Below, piece after piece: positions 1 through 8,693 of a DNA stretch of 64,000 bases (position 1 is its first letter; every line of letters starts with the position of its first letter). A model generated the notes under the pieces. It was not told the origin of the DNA. It made no database searches and saw nothing but the letters and a program-made list of their open reading frames with translations. The stretch lies in NCBI GenBank assembly GCA_963713045.1, contig CAVQKE010000006.1, positions 96,001-160,000 of the forward strand, in the 5' to 3' direction. The stretch comes from an uncultured delta proteobacterium (lineage in GTDB: Bacteria > Myxococcota > Myxococcia > Myxococcales > Myxococcaceae). The position numbers and the translations under genes were made by a program.

Positions 1-480
1 TCGTCATTTTTCCCCGTCACCCCGTTTGCGCTGTTGGTGCCGATGGTCATCGCTGAACCCAAGCGGTGGCTGCGGCTGGTGGCGGTCGGCACCACCGCTT
101 CGGTCGCCGGCTCGGTGCTGGGGTGGGCCATTGGAATGGCCATCCGCGCCGGCGTCTTTCACTTCTTCACCGTCGAGCTGAGTCTGCGCATTGACCGCTT
201 CGGCCTCCACGGCACCATCGGGGAGCTGCTGGCTGGCAACCTCTGGACGCTGGTCATCCTCTTCACCCTGACGCCCCTGTTTAAGGTGGTCACCATCGGC
301 AGCGGGTTGGTGGCGGTCCCGCTGCCGAGCGTGCTGGTGGCGGCCGCCATCGGCCGCTCGGTGCGCTTCCTGCTGTTTGCCGGGCTGGCGCGCTTTGGAG
401 GGGCCCGGGTGCGGACGTGGCTCATCGGCCGCTACCCCCACGCGCAATCGGTGAAGGTGCCCGACGTAAAACTGAGGTGA
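1..480 (+). CDS. YqaA/DedA (VTT) family membrane protein, 5'-truncated by window edge
   Basis: Frame 1 open from base 1: SSFFPVTPFALLVPM...LFTLTPLFKVVTIGSG...AAAIGRSVRF, resembling YqaA motifs (SSFFPIPP, PYKVFTIASG, GR.RF). Confidence 0.75.
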   Translation, partial: SSFFPVTPFALLVPMVIAEPKRWLRLVAVGTTASVAGSVLGWAIGMAIRAGVFHFFTVELSLRIDRFGLHGTIGELLAGNLWTLVILFTLTPLFKVVTIGSGLVAVPLPSVLVAAAIGRSVRFLLFAGLARFGGARVRTWLIGRYPHAQSVKVPDVKLR

Positions 481-500
481 GCCCCTCTGCAGGGGTGCCG

Positions 501-734
501 ATGCCCCGCCCCAGCGTTGCCGCACTGTTGTCCTTCCTCATCCCCGGCCTCGGGCAGCTGTACAACCGCGAGTACCTGCGCGGCCTCTTCTGGCTGGTGG
601 TGACGCCCGGGCTGTGGATTGCCTCGGCCGGGCTGTTGGGCTGGGCGATGCACCTGCTGTCGGCCGCCACCGCCTACCACCGGGCCGAGCTGTTGCAGCG
701 CCGCCAGTCCTGGCCGGTCCGGGTGGACGTCTGA
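501..734 (+). CDS. Small TM2-like membrane protein
   Basis: AALLSFLIPGLGQLY motif followed by hydrophobic helices; ATG at 501. Confidence 0.7.
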   Translation: MPRPSVAALLSFLIPGLGQLYNREYLRGLFWLVVTPGLWIASAGLLGWAMHLLSAATAYHRAELLQRRQSWPVRVDV

Positions 735-749
735 CCGGCGCGCGGCGCC

Positions 750-1844
750 CTACCGAGTGGGGGCGTCGTGCAGAAGCCTCACCAAGTCGGGCTTCCAGAG
801 GGCGGCCAATTCGAGCGTCCGGTGCCCCAGCGTCTGGGCACTGGCTGGCACCAGGACGAAGCGCGCCCCGGGCACCCGCTTCACCAGCGTCTCCACCAGC
901 CCCAGCTCCGGCGGGTTGACGGCGTCATCGGCGAAATTGACGGCCAGCACCCGGGCAGAAATGCGGCTGAGGTCGGGCTCGGGGTCATAGTCCCAGGAAG
1001 ACTCCACCCAGTAGAGGAAGTCGTTCGCGTCGTAGGCCTTTCGCGCGTTCTCGACCTGGCGCTGGTAGAGGGCCGCGGCGGCGGCCCGGGTCGGCGCCTC
1101 TGTCTGCAGCCGCGCCGCGCTGTCCAACATCATCGGCCACAGCGGCGCGGTGTACACCCAATGGCCGGGCGGGCTGGTGTAGTCGCCGCCCTTCCAGTCC
1201 GGGTCATTGCGAATGGCTTCGGTGAGAATGCGCCGGAACAGCAAGTTTCGTCCTGAGATGGCGGTGGGCTGACAGGCAATGGGCATCACGGCGTCCATCG
1301 CACCCGGAAAGCGCTCGGCCCAAAGCCAGGCCTGCATCCCGCCCATGGAGGTGCCGAGGACGAGGCGCAGGTGGTCCACGCCGAGCGCCTTGGTCACCAG
1401 CCAGTGCTGCAGCGCCACCACGTCGGCGTAGCCGTACTTGGGGAAACGGGCGTGCAACCCGTCGCTCGGCTTGCTGGAGCCGCCTCGCCCCAGCCCGTCC
1501 GGCAGAATGATGTAGAAGCGGCCGGCGTCCAGCGGTTGGCCGGGCCCAAACAGTTCGCCACCGAGGCTTGGTTTGAGGAAGACGGCACCGACGCTGCTGG
1601 TGCCGTGCAGCAGAAGGACGGCGTTGGTGACGTGCCCCGTGGCGTCGCGACGGGGCGTCCCTAAGGTGGTGTAGTGCAAGCGGACGTTGCTCAGCGTCTC
1701 GCCGCTTTGAAAGCGAAACTCCGGGACAACGACGTCCGCGTCGTGTTGGCCTGGGTAACTGGGCGACTCCGCTTGGGCCGGCACAGCGGCGATGGATAGT
1801 CCCAGTCCGAGCGCCGCACGAAGACGCCGGGAGAGGGCCTTCAC
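750..1844 (-). CDS. Secreted alpha/beta hydrolase, homoserine O-acetyltransferase-like
   Basis: Signal peptide (AVPAQA|ES), GTSMGG nucleophile elbow, FADDAVNPP acid, GH near C-terminus. Confidence 0.8.
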   Translation of the reverse strand: MKALSRRLRAALGLGLSIAAVPAQAESPSYPGQHDADVVVPEFRFQSGETLSNVRLHYTTLGTPRRDATGHVTNAVLLLHGTSSVGAVFLKPSLGGELFGPGQPLDAGRFYIILPDGLGRGGSSKPSDGLHARFPKYGYADVVALQHWLVTKALGVDHLRLVLGTSMGGMQAWLWAERFPGAMDAVMPIACQPTAISGRNLLFRRILTEAIRNDPDWKGGDYTSPPGHWVYTAPLWPMMLDSAARLQTEAPTRAAAAALYQRQVENARKAYDANDFLYWVESSWDYDPEPDLSRISARVLAVNFADDAVNPPELGLVETLVKRVPGARFVLVPASAQTLGHRTLELAALWKPDLVRLLHDAPTR

Positions 1845-1869
1845 CTGCCGCGTCCCCCTTCGGAGCGCC

Positions 1870-2445
1870 TTAGCGCTCGGCCGTCTTGGTGCCCTCGGCT
1901 TTGTTGCCCGAGTCCAGCACGGCGAAGTTGAGGTTGCCGTAGCCCGCGTTTTGGCAGCTGAACATCACCCGCTTCAGCACCTTAAAGGGGATTTCCTTGT
2001 GCCCTTGGATGTTGACGTCGCCGGTGAAGGCCTGCCCGTCGGCCGCCGCAGCGTGCAGCTCCTCGGTCTGCTTCTTTTCTTCCCGCAACCGCTCCTCGAG
2101 AGCGGGGATGCTGAGGTAGTCCTCACGGGACAAGTCGCTGACCCGGGCCACCGCCACGCCATTCACGATGACATCGGTGGCCGAAATCATCACCACCGGC
2201 GCCAGCTCGAGTTCCTTGACGTGGCTGGCCGACGGGAGCTGGACGTCCTTCGTCATGTTGAGGATTTCGCCGGTCGCCGAGAAGTTGGCGATGAGGAACA
2301 GCACGATGATGACGAACATGTCGACCAGCGGCGTAATCAACAGGTCGGCGTTGGTGGACTTCCTCGCGCTCGAGTGGTGCCCGGAGAAGAAGTGCGACTT
2401 CGCCAGTCGCACGCCAAACCGTTTGCCTGGAACCTGGATGGACAT
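1870..2445 (-). CDS. aglS: ExbD/TolR-family gliding motor subunit AglS
   Basis: MSIQVPGKRFG...ADLLITPLVDMFVIIVLFLIANFSATGE matches recalled Myxococcus AglS; transmembrane Asp at residue 42; third gene of TolQ-TolR-TolR cluster. Confidence 0.8.
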   Translation of the reverse strand: MSIQVPGKRFGVRLAKSHFFSGHHSSARKSTNADLLITPLVDMFVIIVLFLIANFSATGEILNMTKDVQLPSASHVKELELAPVVMISATDVIVNGVAVARVSDLSREDYLSIPALEERLREEKKQTEELHAAAADGQAFTGDVNIQGHKEIPFKVLKRVMFSCQNAGYGNLNFAVLDSGNKAEGTKTAER

Positions 2446-2463
2446 TGGCGCTCTAGCCCATCC

Positions 2464-2949
2464 TCACGTCGCCACCGGAGAGACACTGACCGCAGGCAGC
2501 CCGTCCCCGATGCATTCGTCGATGACGCGCACCAGGTCTTCGTAGCGCACGTCGTCCTCGGTTTGCACGGTGATGGCCGTTTGGTCGGGAATTTGCTCGC
2601 GAATTTTCTTCAAAAGTTCCTGCACCTTGGCCAGCTGAAGCTGGCCCTTGTCGTCGCGGGCATTGACGATGGCGTCGCCCAGTTGGGCGGTCCCGACCGA
2701 GATTTTGATTTCCTTCTCCGCCAACAACAGGGTGATTTGCGGCAGCTTGTCGTCCTTGTCCTGGTTGGGGTCGCTGTCGCCGCCAGAGCTGCTGACTTGA
2801 AGGCGCCCAATTTGGGTCCACACCGCCGTCATGATGAGAAAGCTGATGGTCACCGCCATCAGGTCGATGAAGGGAACCAAGTTGATGGTGGCATCGAGCG
2901 GCTTCTTCCCGCTCTTCCCCGGGGTCCCGAGGTCCATTCCTCCGGCCAT
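2464..2949 (-). CDS. aglQ: ExbD/TolR-family gliding motor subunit AglQ
   Basis: MAGGMDLG...INLVPFIDLMAVTISFLIMTAVWTQIGRLQVS; channel Asp at residue 29. Confidence 0.8.
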   Translation of the reverse strand: MAGGMDLGTPGKSGKKPLDATINLVPFIDLMAVTISFLIMTAVWTQIGRLQVSSSGGDSDPNQDKDDKLPQITLLLAEKEIKISVGTAQLGDAIVNARDDKGQLQLAKVQELLKKIREQIPDQTAITVQTEDDVRYEDLVRVIDECIGDGLPAVSVSPVAT

Positions 2950-3031
2950 CGCTAGTTCCTCTCGCTCCTGTCAGCTGTCCCCCCGCGGGTCGGCGAATGC
3001 CGCCTTGGGGGGAGGATGGGGGGTGAAACCG

Positions 3032-3769
3032 TCAAGCGTCGTCGGCGCGACCGGCAGAGACGGTGGCGTTCTTGAATTTGTCCTTGTTGTTCACCACCAG
3101 ATTGAGCACCGACACCGAAGTCTCGTTGATGTCGTTGATGAGCGACTGGGTCCGCCCGTTGAGGATGGAGAACATCACCAAGGAAGGAATCGCCACCAGC
3201 AGTCCGAAGAAGGTGCAGTTCATCGCCTCCGAGATGCCGGTGGAGAGGATGGTCGCCTTGTCCGCGGCGTTGACGTGGGCCACCGCCTGGAAACAGGTGA
3301 TGAGTCCATTCACCGTGCCGAGCAACCCGGCCAACATCGCCGCATTGCCAAGCATGGCCAAATACCCGGTGCGCGCCTCGAGCTTCGGCGTCTCCCGCAG
3401 GGCCGCCTCATCCAGCGCCGCTTGCACTTCATGTTCTCCCTTGGGGACATTCATCAACCCGGACTTCACCACGTTGGTGAGGGGCGTATTCTTCTGCCCG
3501 GCCACGTAGTTGATGGCCTTGTCCAAGTCCCCGTTGTAAATGTACTTTTTGAGTCCGCGCAAAAACCCGTCCTTGCTGATGGACGCGGAGAAGTAGAGGA
3601 CGACAATCCGCTCGACGATGATGGCGAGCGCAACCACCGCGCAGAGCGCAATGGGGTACATCCCGCCTTTGCCGGCGCGAAAGCGCTGGGCCAATTCGTC
3701 GAAAGAGAAGCCCGAGCCGGCACCGTCGACGGCGAGCAGCATCAACCTGGTCAGCAACCCCGAAGTCAT
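3032..3769 (-). CDS. aglR: MotA/TolQ/ExbB proton-channel subunit AglR
   Basis: GLLGTVNGLI and GISEAMNCT motifs; ATG at 3769 preceded by GGAGG; 245 aa. Confidence 0.8.
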   Translation of the reverse strand: MTSGLLTRLMLLAVDGAGSGFSFDELAQRFRAGKGGMYPIALCAVVALAIIVERIVVLYFSASISKDGFLRGLKKYIYNGDLDKAINYVAGQKNTPLTNVVKSGLMNVPKGEHEVQAALDEAALRETPKLEARTGYLAMLGNAAMLAGLLGTVNGLITCFQAVAHVNAADKATILSTGISEAMNCTFFGLLVAIPSLVMFSILNGRTQSLINDINETSVSVLNLVVNNKDKFKNATVSAGRADDA

Positions 3770-4004
3770 CCCACTTCCTCCACCCATGCGTGAGTCCACC
3801 CGGCGTCGGCGCGGCCCCGTACCAACGCTCCAACCCCAGGGGCTGGCAGCGCACGGGGACGCCCATGTGCGGATGGGATGAAAGCCCTTTGCCCTGCCAT
3901 TCAAGGATGGGACCCGAGGTGTGTCAAGCTGGGGGGTAGGGAAGTGCGCGGAATCCCTATACAATTGGCACCATCATTCCGCTGGAAGTAAACAGACGGT
4001 GGCC

Positions 4005-4718
4005 ATGGCCCGGAGAAGACTCGGGGAAGTCCTATTGGAGCGCGGCGCCATCACCAAGGCGCAGCTCAACTCGACCTTGGCGTACGCCCGGCGCACCCGG
4101 CAGCGCCTGGGCGGCGCGCTGGTCCAGAAGGGACACCTCACCGAGGAAGAACTGCTGCAGGCGCTCTCGGAAAGTCTCGGCCTGGCCGCGGTCGACTTGG
4201 AGCACACCTTCGTCGACTGGAATGCGGTGAAGCTGCTCGGCCCGACGGTGTGCGAGGCCTATGGGCTGTTCCCCTACGCCATTGAGACGCTGCACGGACG
4301 AAAGCAGCTGCTGGTGGCGATGGTGGACCCCCTCAACCTCTCTGCCGTGGAGGAGGTGGAATTCACCGCTGGCCTTCCAGTCTCAGCCCGCCTGGCGCCC
4401 CAAGCGGCGGTGCACGGCGCCATTCTGCGGCACTACCACCAAATCGCCATCCCCAGCGACGCACCGGCCGAGGAGGAAGACGAAGTCATCGAAGGCGAGG
4501 AGATGGCGCCTCCCCCGGCCCCACCGCGAATTGCTCCCGTGGCGGCGCTTTCGGCGCACGGGCAAGTGCAGCGCTCGGACTACCCCCCGGACTTTCTGGA
4601 TGATGGACTGGCCGACGAAATTTGGCGTCGGCGCTTTTGGGCCCTGGTGCGGTTGCTGGTCAAAAAGGGCGTGGTCAGTCAGGCGGAAGTCAACGGGGCG
4701 CTGCGCGAGTTGGACTAA
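4005..4718 (+). CDS. GspE/PilB N-terminal (MshEN-like) domain protein without ATPase domain
   Basis: Tandem RLGEVLLERG / RLGGALVQKG motifs and VAMVDPLNL; no Walker A. Confidence 0.75.
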   Translation: MARRRLGEVLLERGAITKAQLNSTLAYARRTRQRLGGALVQKGHLTEEELLQALSESLGLAAVDLEHTFVDWNAVKLLGPTVCEAYGLFPYAIETLHGRKQLLVAMVDPLNLSAVEEVEFTAGLPVSARLAPQAAVHGAILRHYHQIAIPSDAPAEEEDEVIEGEEMAPPPAPPRIAPVAALSAHGQVQRSDYPPDFLDDGLADEIWRRRFWALVRLLVKKGVVSQAEVNGALRELD

Positions 4719-6736
4719 AGGCCAGAGGGCGGCTTGGGCTTGGGCGCGCCGGCAGCTGGTAGCCCGGAGGTCGCCTCCTCCGTTTCGTCCGAGGTGCGCT
4801 CCAGGTCCAGAATCTGCGCGTCCCCGACGTAACTCTTCAATTCAAAGCGGGTGATTTTCCCAATCTTCTTGACAATCTCCTTCATCCGCTCGGCCTCGCG
4901 GAAGATGGTGTCCACCCGCTTGTAGGCATCGTCGTCCGTCCTCAGCTTCCGCTTGAGAAGCTCGGCGAAACCAAGCACCGAGGTGAGCGGCTGATTCAAC
5001 TCATGGGCGGTGGTTCCGGCCAATGCCATCAGCACCGCGTTGCGCTTTGACTCCTCCAGGCGCACCTCGGCGTCTGACAGTTTGCGCTCCAACTGCACGC
5101 GGTCTCGCAAGTCGGTGACGATGCCCACCGTCGCCACCTCGCGCTCGCCCTCGTAGAGGATGGAGGCGGTCATATTCACCGGCACCCGCTCGCCGGCCTT
5201 GGTGAGCACCTCCAGCCGGGTGGCGGACAGCCGCCCCCGGCCGCCGAATTCATCCGAGCGCAGCTGCTCCATCAGCATCTGCGCCACTCCTTCCGGGTAC
5301 AGCCTGCGAAACTCCAGTGAAGCGAGGGCCTCAGCTGCGCTGTAGCCGGTCAGCATCTCGGCGCCGGAGTTGAAGAGAATAATTCTGCCGTGGACGTCGG
5401 CGGCGATGATGGCGTCCACCGAGGAGTCAATCAGCTTCTCCAGAAATTCCTTGGTGTGCCGCAACTCATCGGCAATCCGCCGGGGCGCGGTGACGTCCCG
5501 GAAGCTGAGGATGCTTTTCGCCTCGCCTTCCTGGAGTCCCGCCCCGTTGAAGGACAGCGTCACCGTTCGCCCGGCTGCACTCTGCACGCTGAGGTCGACC
5601 GGCGGCCGGGACTCTCCAGCGGCCAGCGCCTCCAACAGCTCTCTCAGCCCGCCGTCGCCGGCCCCGCGGGTCAACGTCTGGATGGGGACGCCGTGGGCCT
5701 CCGCCGCGTCCACGTCCAACAGCGCCGCCCCCGCCGGGTTGAGCGACAGCACCCGGCCCTGGCCGTCGAGCACCGCAATGCCGTCGGAGACATGGGCGAA
5801 GTACGCCGCGAAGCGCTGCAGGGTGGCCGCCCGCCGCTCGGCCACCATGCGTGCGGCCTTCTCCCGCTCGGTTTGGCCGCGCTGCGTCTGCAGCAGCTTC
5901 GCGTTGCGCAGCGCCACCGCGGTGGCGTGAGCCACGGTGGCCAAAAACTCCACCTCCCCGGCGCTGAAGGGCGGCCGGCGCCCGGAGCCCCGCACCAGGA
6001 AGACGCCGGTGACCGTCCCGCCCACCACCAGCGGCAGCGCGGCGATGGCGTGGACACCGGCGGCGCTCACCTGGGGGTGCACGCCCTCGAGCAGCGGGTG
6101 GCTGGGCGCGTCGGCCACCGTCACTGGCGCTCCGGTGCGCAACACCTCGCGCACCTCGGGGTACAGCGACAATTCAATCCGCAAGTCCTTCAGCGCTGGG
6201 TCATCGCTGGCCGCCACCACCACGGCCTTCCCGCCGTCGACGACGATGAGGGATGCCCGGACAATGTCCAGCGCTTCCGCCAATTCCCGGGTGACGTCAT
6301 GCAACAGGGCGTCGACGTCCGCCGTTTCGGCGTAGCGGGCCGTCAATTCCAAGAGGAAGGCCAGGTTGCGCTGGCCCTCCGCCGAGCGCCGTTCGGCCGC
6401 GCGCCGGACATGGGCCTCGGCGAGGCGGCTGACGAGCTCCGTCTCCAGTCTTTCGAAGGCCAGTTGCGCGTCGGCGCCCGGCACGCTGCCGGTCGGCACC
6501 AGCGGCCCCGGCGGGAGCAGCGCCACCACCGGCAGGGCCTCTCCGCGAAACCCCTGCCGCAGCCGTCGCAGGACGTCGGCTCCGCCTTCGGCGCCGAGGT
6601 CGACCACCGCGGCGTCGGCACCGGCCAGCGAAGCGCCGGGGCGCAACACCAGGCCGCTGGCGGCCAGCGCCCGCGCCACCCCATCGCGCGCGCGGGACTC
6701 CTCGGGGAACAGCACCACGCCAGCCAGGCCTTCCAT
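4715..6736 (-). CDS. GAF-PAS-PAS-HisKA sensor protein lacking a C-terminal HATPase domain
   Basis: GAF region, two PAS motifs (DGIAVLD..G....LNPA; DAIIAAD..G.I..FN.GAE), H-box AHELNQPLT close to the C-terminus. Confidence 0.8.
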   Translation of the reverse strand: MEGLAGVVLFPEESRARDGVARALAASGLVLRPGASLAGADAAVVDLGAEGGADVLRRLRQGFRGEALPVVALLPPGPLVPTGSVPGADAQLAFERLETELVSRLAEAHVRRAAERRSAEGQRNLAFLLELTARYAETADVDALLHDVTRELAEALDIVRASLIVVDGGKAVVVAASDDPALKDLRIELSLYPEVREVLRTGAPVTVADAPSHPLLEGVHPQVSAAGVHAIAALPLVVGGTVTGVFLVRGSGRRPPFSAGEVEFLATVAHATAVALRNAKLLQTQRGQTEREKAARMVAERRAATLQRFAAYFAHVSDGIAVLDGQGRVLSLNPAGAALLDVDAAEAHGVPIQTLTRGAGDGGLRELLEALAAGESRPPVDLSVQSAAGRTVTLSFNGAGLQEGEAKSILSFRDVTAPRRIADELRHTKEFLEKLIDSSVDAIIAADVHGRIILFNSGAEMLTGYSAAEALASLEFRRLYPEGVAQMLMEQLRSDEFGGRGRLSATRLEVLTKAGERVPVNMTASILYEGEREVATVGIVTDLRDRVQLERKLSDAEVRLEESKRNAVLMALAGTTAHELNQPLTSVLGFAELLKRKLRTDDDAYKRVDTIFREAERMKEIVKKIGKITRFELKSYVGDAQILDLERTSDETEEATSGLPAAGAPKPKPPSGL

Positions 6737-6923
6737 GTGCGGGCCGCACTCTAGCCGCTCGGGCCGGGAGGCTAGGGCGGGTTCTCGTGAAGCCAGAGGC
6801 GGTGTCCCCTATGTTCTCGAGGCAAGTCCTTGACGGTGGCGGCCCCAGGACCGACGAAGCGCGCCGCAACTTCGGCCCGGGACTGTAGCGCACCCCTGGG
6901 CGTCGACATGCTATTGGCCCGGG

Positions 6924-8693
6924 GTGGGGAAGCCCGTGCATCTGCACACCTTGGTGCCACTGCCTGCGGCGCTCGCGGATGCGGCGGTCGCCCTGGACAC
7001 GCTTCTGCCCAGCCTGGCACCGGACACCGCCCCGCTGGCCCGGCGCTTGGGCGAGCGGCTGCGGCGGGACCTGCTGCCGCGGCTGTCGGCCGAGGCGCCC
7101 CTGCTCCTGGCCGCCATTGCCGGTCCCAACAACGTCGGGAAGTCCACCCTCTTCAATGCGCTGGCCGAGGAGCGACTCTCCCCGGCGCACGCCGAAGGGG
7201 GCCTCACCAAACAGTGTCTAGCGGTCGCCCACCCGGACACCGCTTCCGGGGCTGGGTGGGACGCCCTGACGCGGCGCTACAGCGTCCGAAACGTCCCGGC
7301 CGGTGAAGCGGCGCCGGTGGACGTCCCCGGTCCGGTGGGACGGCTGTATCTCGCCCGGGCCCAACACCTGCCAGCCGGCCTGGTGCTGCTCGACACCCCG
7401 GACGTGGACAGCGTGGTGGCCGCCAACCGGGAACGCACCGAAGCGCTCCTCGTCACCGTCGACGTGCTGGTCTTCGTCGTCTCCCGCCACACCTACCAGA
7501 ATGCCGCGCTGGTGGCCTTCCTCAAGGAAGCCGTGGCCCAGGCTCGCCCCTGGCTGGTGCTGTACAACGAGGCCTCGGACGAGGCACTTGCCCGCGCCCA
7601 CCTTGAAAAACTCACCCGGGACGTGGGGCAGCCGCCACTGGCCCGCTTCTTCAGCCCCCACGACGCGGCGGTGGAGGCGGGCACCGCGCCGTTGCGTCCG
7701 CAGCCCTTGGACGGCGGCCCCTCGCTGGCCGCCCTGCTGGGGGACCCGGTGCTGGGTGCGCAGCTGCGCCGTCAGGCCCGGCGCGCCTCCCTGGCCACGG
7801 CGCAGGAGGAGCTTCGCCGGGTCCATGCCGCGGTGTTGGCCTCCGCGGCGGACCCAGCGCGGCTGGTGGGCCGCCTGCGCGACACCCTCTTCTCCGCCGG
7901 AGCGCAGGCCGCCCTCCACGCCGTGCCGGCGGACATTCTGGTGGAAGCCTTTCGCGAGGAACTTGACGCCCGAAGCCGCCTTCACCGCTGGGTGCGCACC
8001 CCCTTCCGCGGGCTGGCCACCGCCGTCAGCGCGCTGGGCAAACGCATGCGGCGCTCCTTCACCGGGGAAGCCCACCCGCCTGCAGTGGACCCCGCCCGCG
8101 AGGCCGACCGCGTGTTGAGAGAGGGCCTCGCCCGGCTCCTCGAATCCCTGGCACCGGAGCTGTCGGCGTGGACGGGGGACAGCACCACCCGCCGCCTGCT
8201 GGAAGCGGCGGTGGGCGAGGAGACGCTTTCTGCCCTGCGCGGGGCAGCGCCGCTGGTGGCAGCGGACACACCGGCGGACCGCGAGGCGCTGCACGCCTTC
8301 TGCCGTCAGCTGGTGCGCCAGGAGTTGCCTGGAGGCTTGGCCGAGGGCGCACTGCAGACGCTGGCCACGCTCGTCTACTCCGTGCCGGCTGGAGCTGCTG
8401 CGGTGGTGACGGTGGCCTTTGGCGGCTTGGGCCAGGACGCCGCGCTGTGGGCCGGGACATTACTCTCCACGCCTCTCATGGAACGCTTCGTCGACGCGCT
8501 GGGGACGGGCATCCGCCGCAACGTCTCGCTGGCCTGGGCCAAACAGCACGGCAAGACGCTGGCCCAAGCGATGGAGGCGCGCTTCTTCCTGCCCCTCCTC
8601 GGCCACTTGGACGCCCAGGTGGCCGAGGCGGCGGAAGTGGCCGACCGCTTGGAGCGGGCTGCCGAAGCCATTGCCAGGGAGGGCGACGGGTGA
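6924..8693 (+). CDS. Dynamin-like/TRAFAC GTPase with C-terminal helical and hydrophobic region (A)
   Basis: G1 GPNNVGKS, G2 GGLT, G3 DTPD, G4-like YNEA; hydrophobic segment near C-terminus; start uncertain (6924 or 6936). Confidence 0.75.
   Translation: MGKPVHLHTLVPLPAALADAAVALDTLLPSLAPDTAPLARRLGERLRRDLLPRLSAEAPLLLAAIAGPNNVGKSTLFNALAEERLSPAHAEGGLTKQCLAVAHPDTASGAGWDALTRRYSVRNVPAGEAAPVDVPGPVGRLYLARAQHLPAGLVLLDTPDVDSVVAANRERTEALLVTVDVLVFVVSRHTYQNAALVAFLKEAVAQARPWLVLYNEASDEALARAHLEKLTRDVGQPPLARFFSPHDAAVEAGTAPLRPQPLDGGPSLAALLGDPVLGAQLRRQARRASLATAQEELRRVHAAVLASAADPARLVGRLRDTLFSAGAQAALHAVPADILVEAFREELDARSRLHRWVRTPFRGLATAVSALGKRMRRSFTGEAHPPAVDPAREADRVLREGLARLLESLAPELSAWTGDSTTRRLLEAAVGEETLSALRGAAPLVAADTPADREALHAFCRQLVRQELPGGLAEGALQTLATLVYSVPAGAAAVVTVAFGGLGQDAALWAGTLLSTPLMERFVDALGTGIRRNVSLAWAKQHGKTLAQAMEARFFLPLLGHLDAQVAEAAEVADRLERAAEAIAREGDG

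Noticed and set aside
750..1844. Assignment as metX
   Set aside because: Signal peptide and divergent motifs; only family-level similarity is supportable.
2950..3031. ncRNA or riboswitch between aglR and aglQ
   Set aside because: Only an imperfect C-run/G-run hairpin; no known family motif.
1870..3769. Flagellar MotAB or generic ExbBD iron-uptake unit
   Set aside because: No OmpA-like MotB domain and no adjacent TonB or receptor; sequences match AglRQS better.
3966..3981. TGGCAC upstream of the MshEN-like gene as a sigma54 promoter
   Set aside because: The -12 position reads CC rather than GC.
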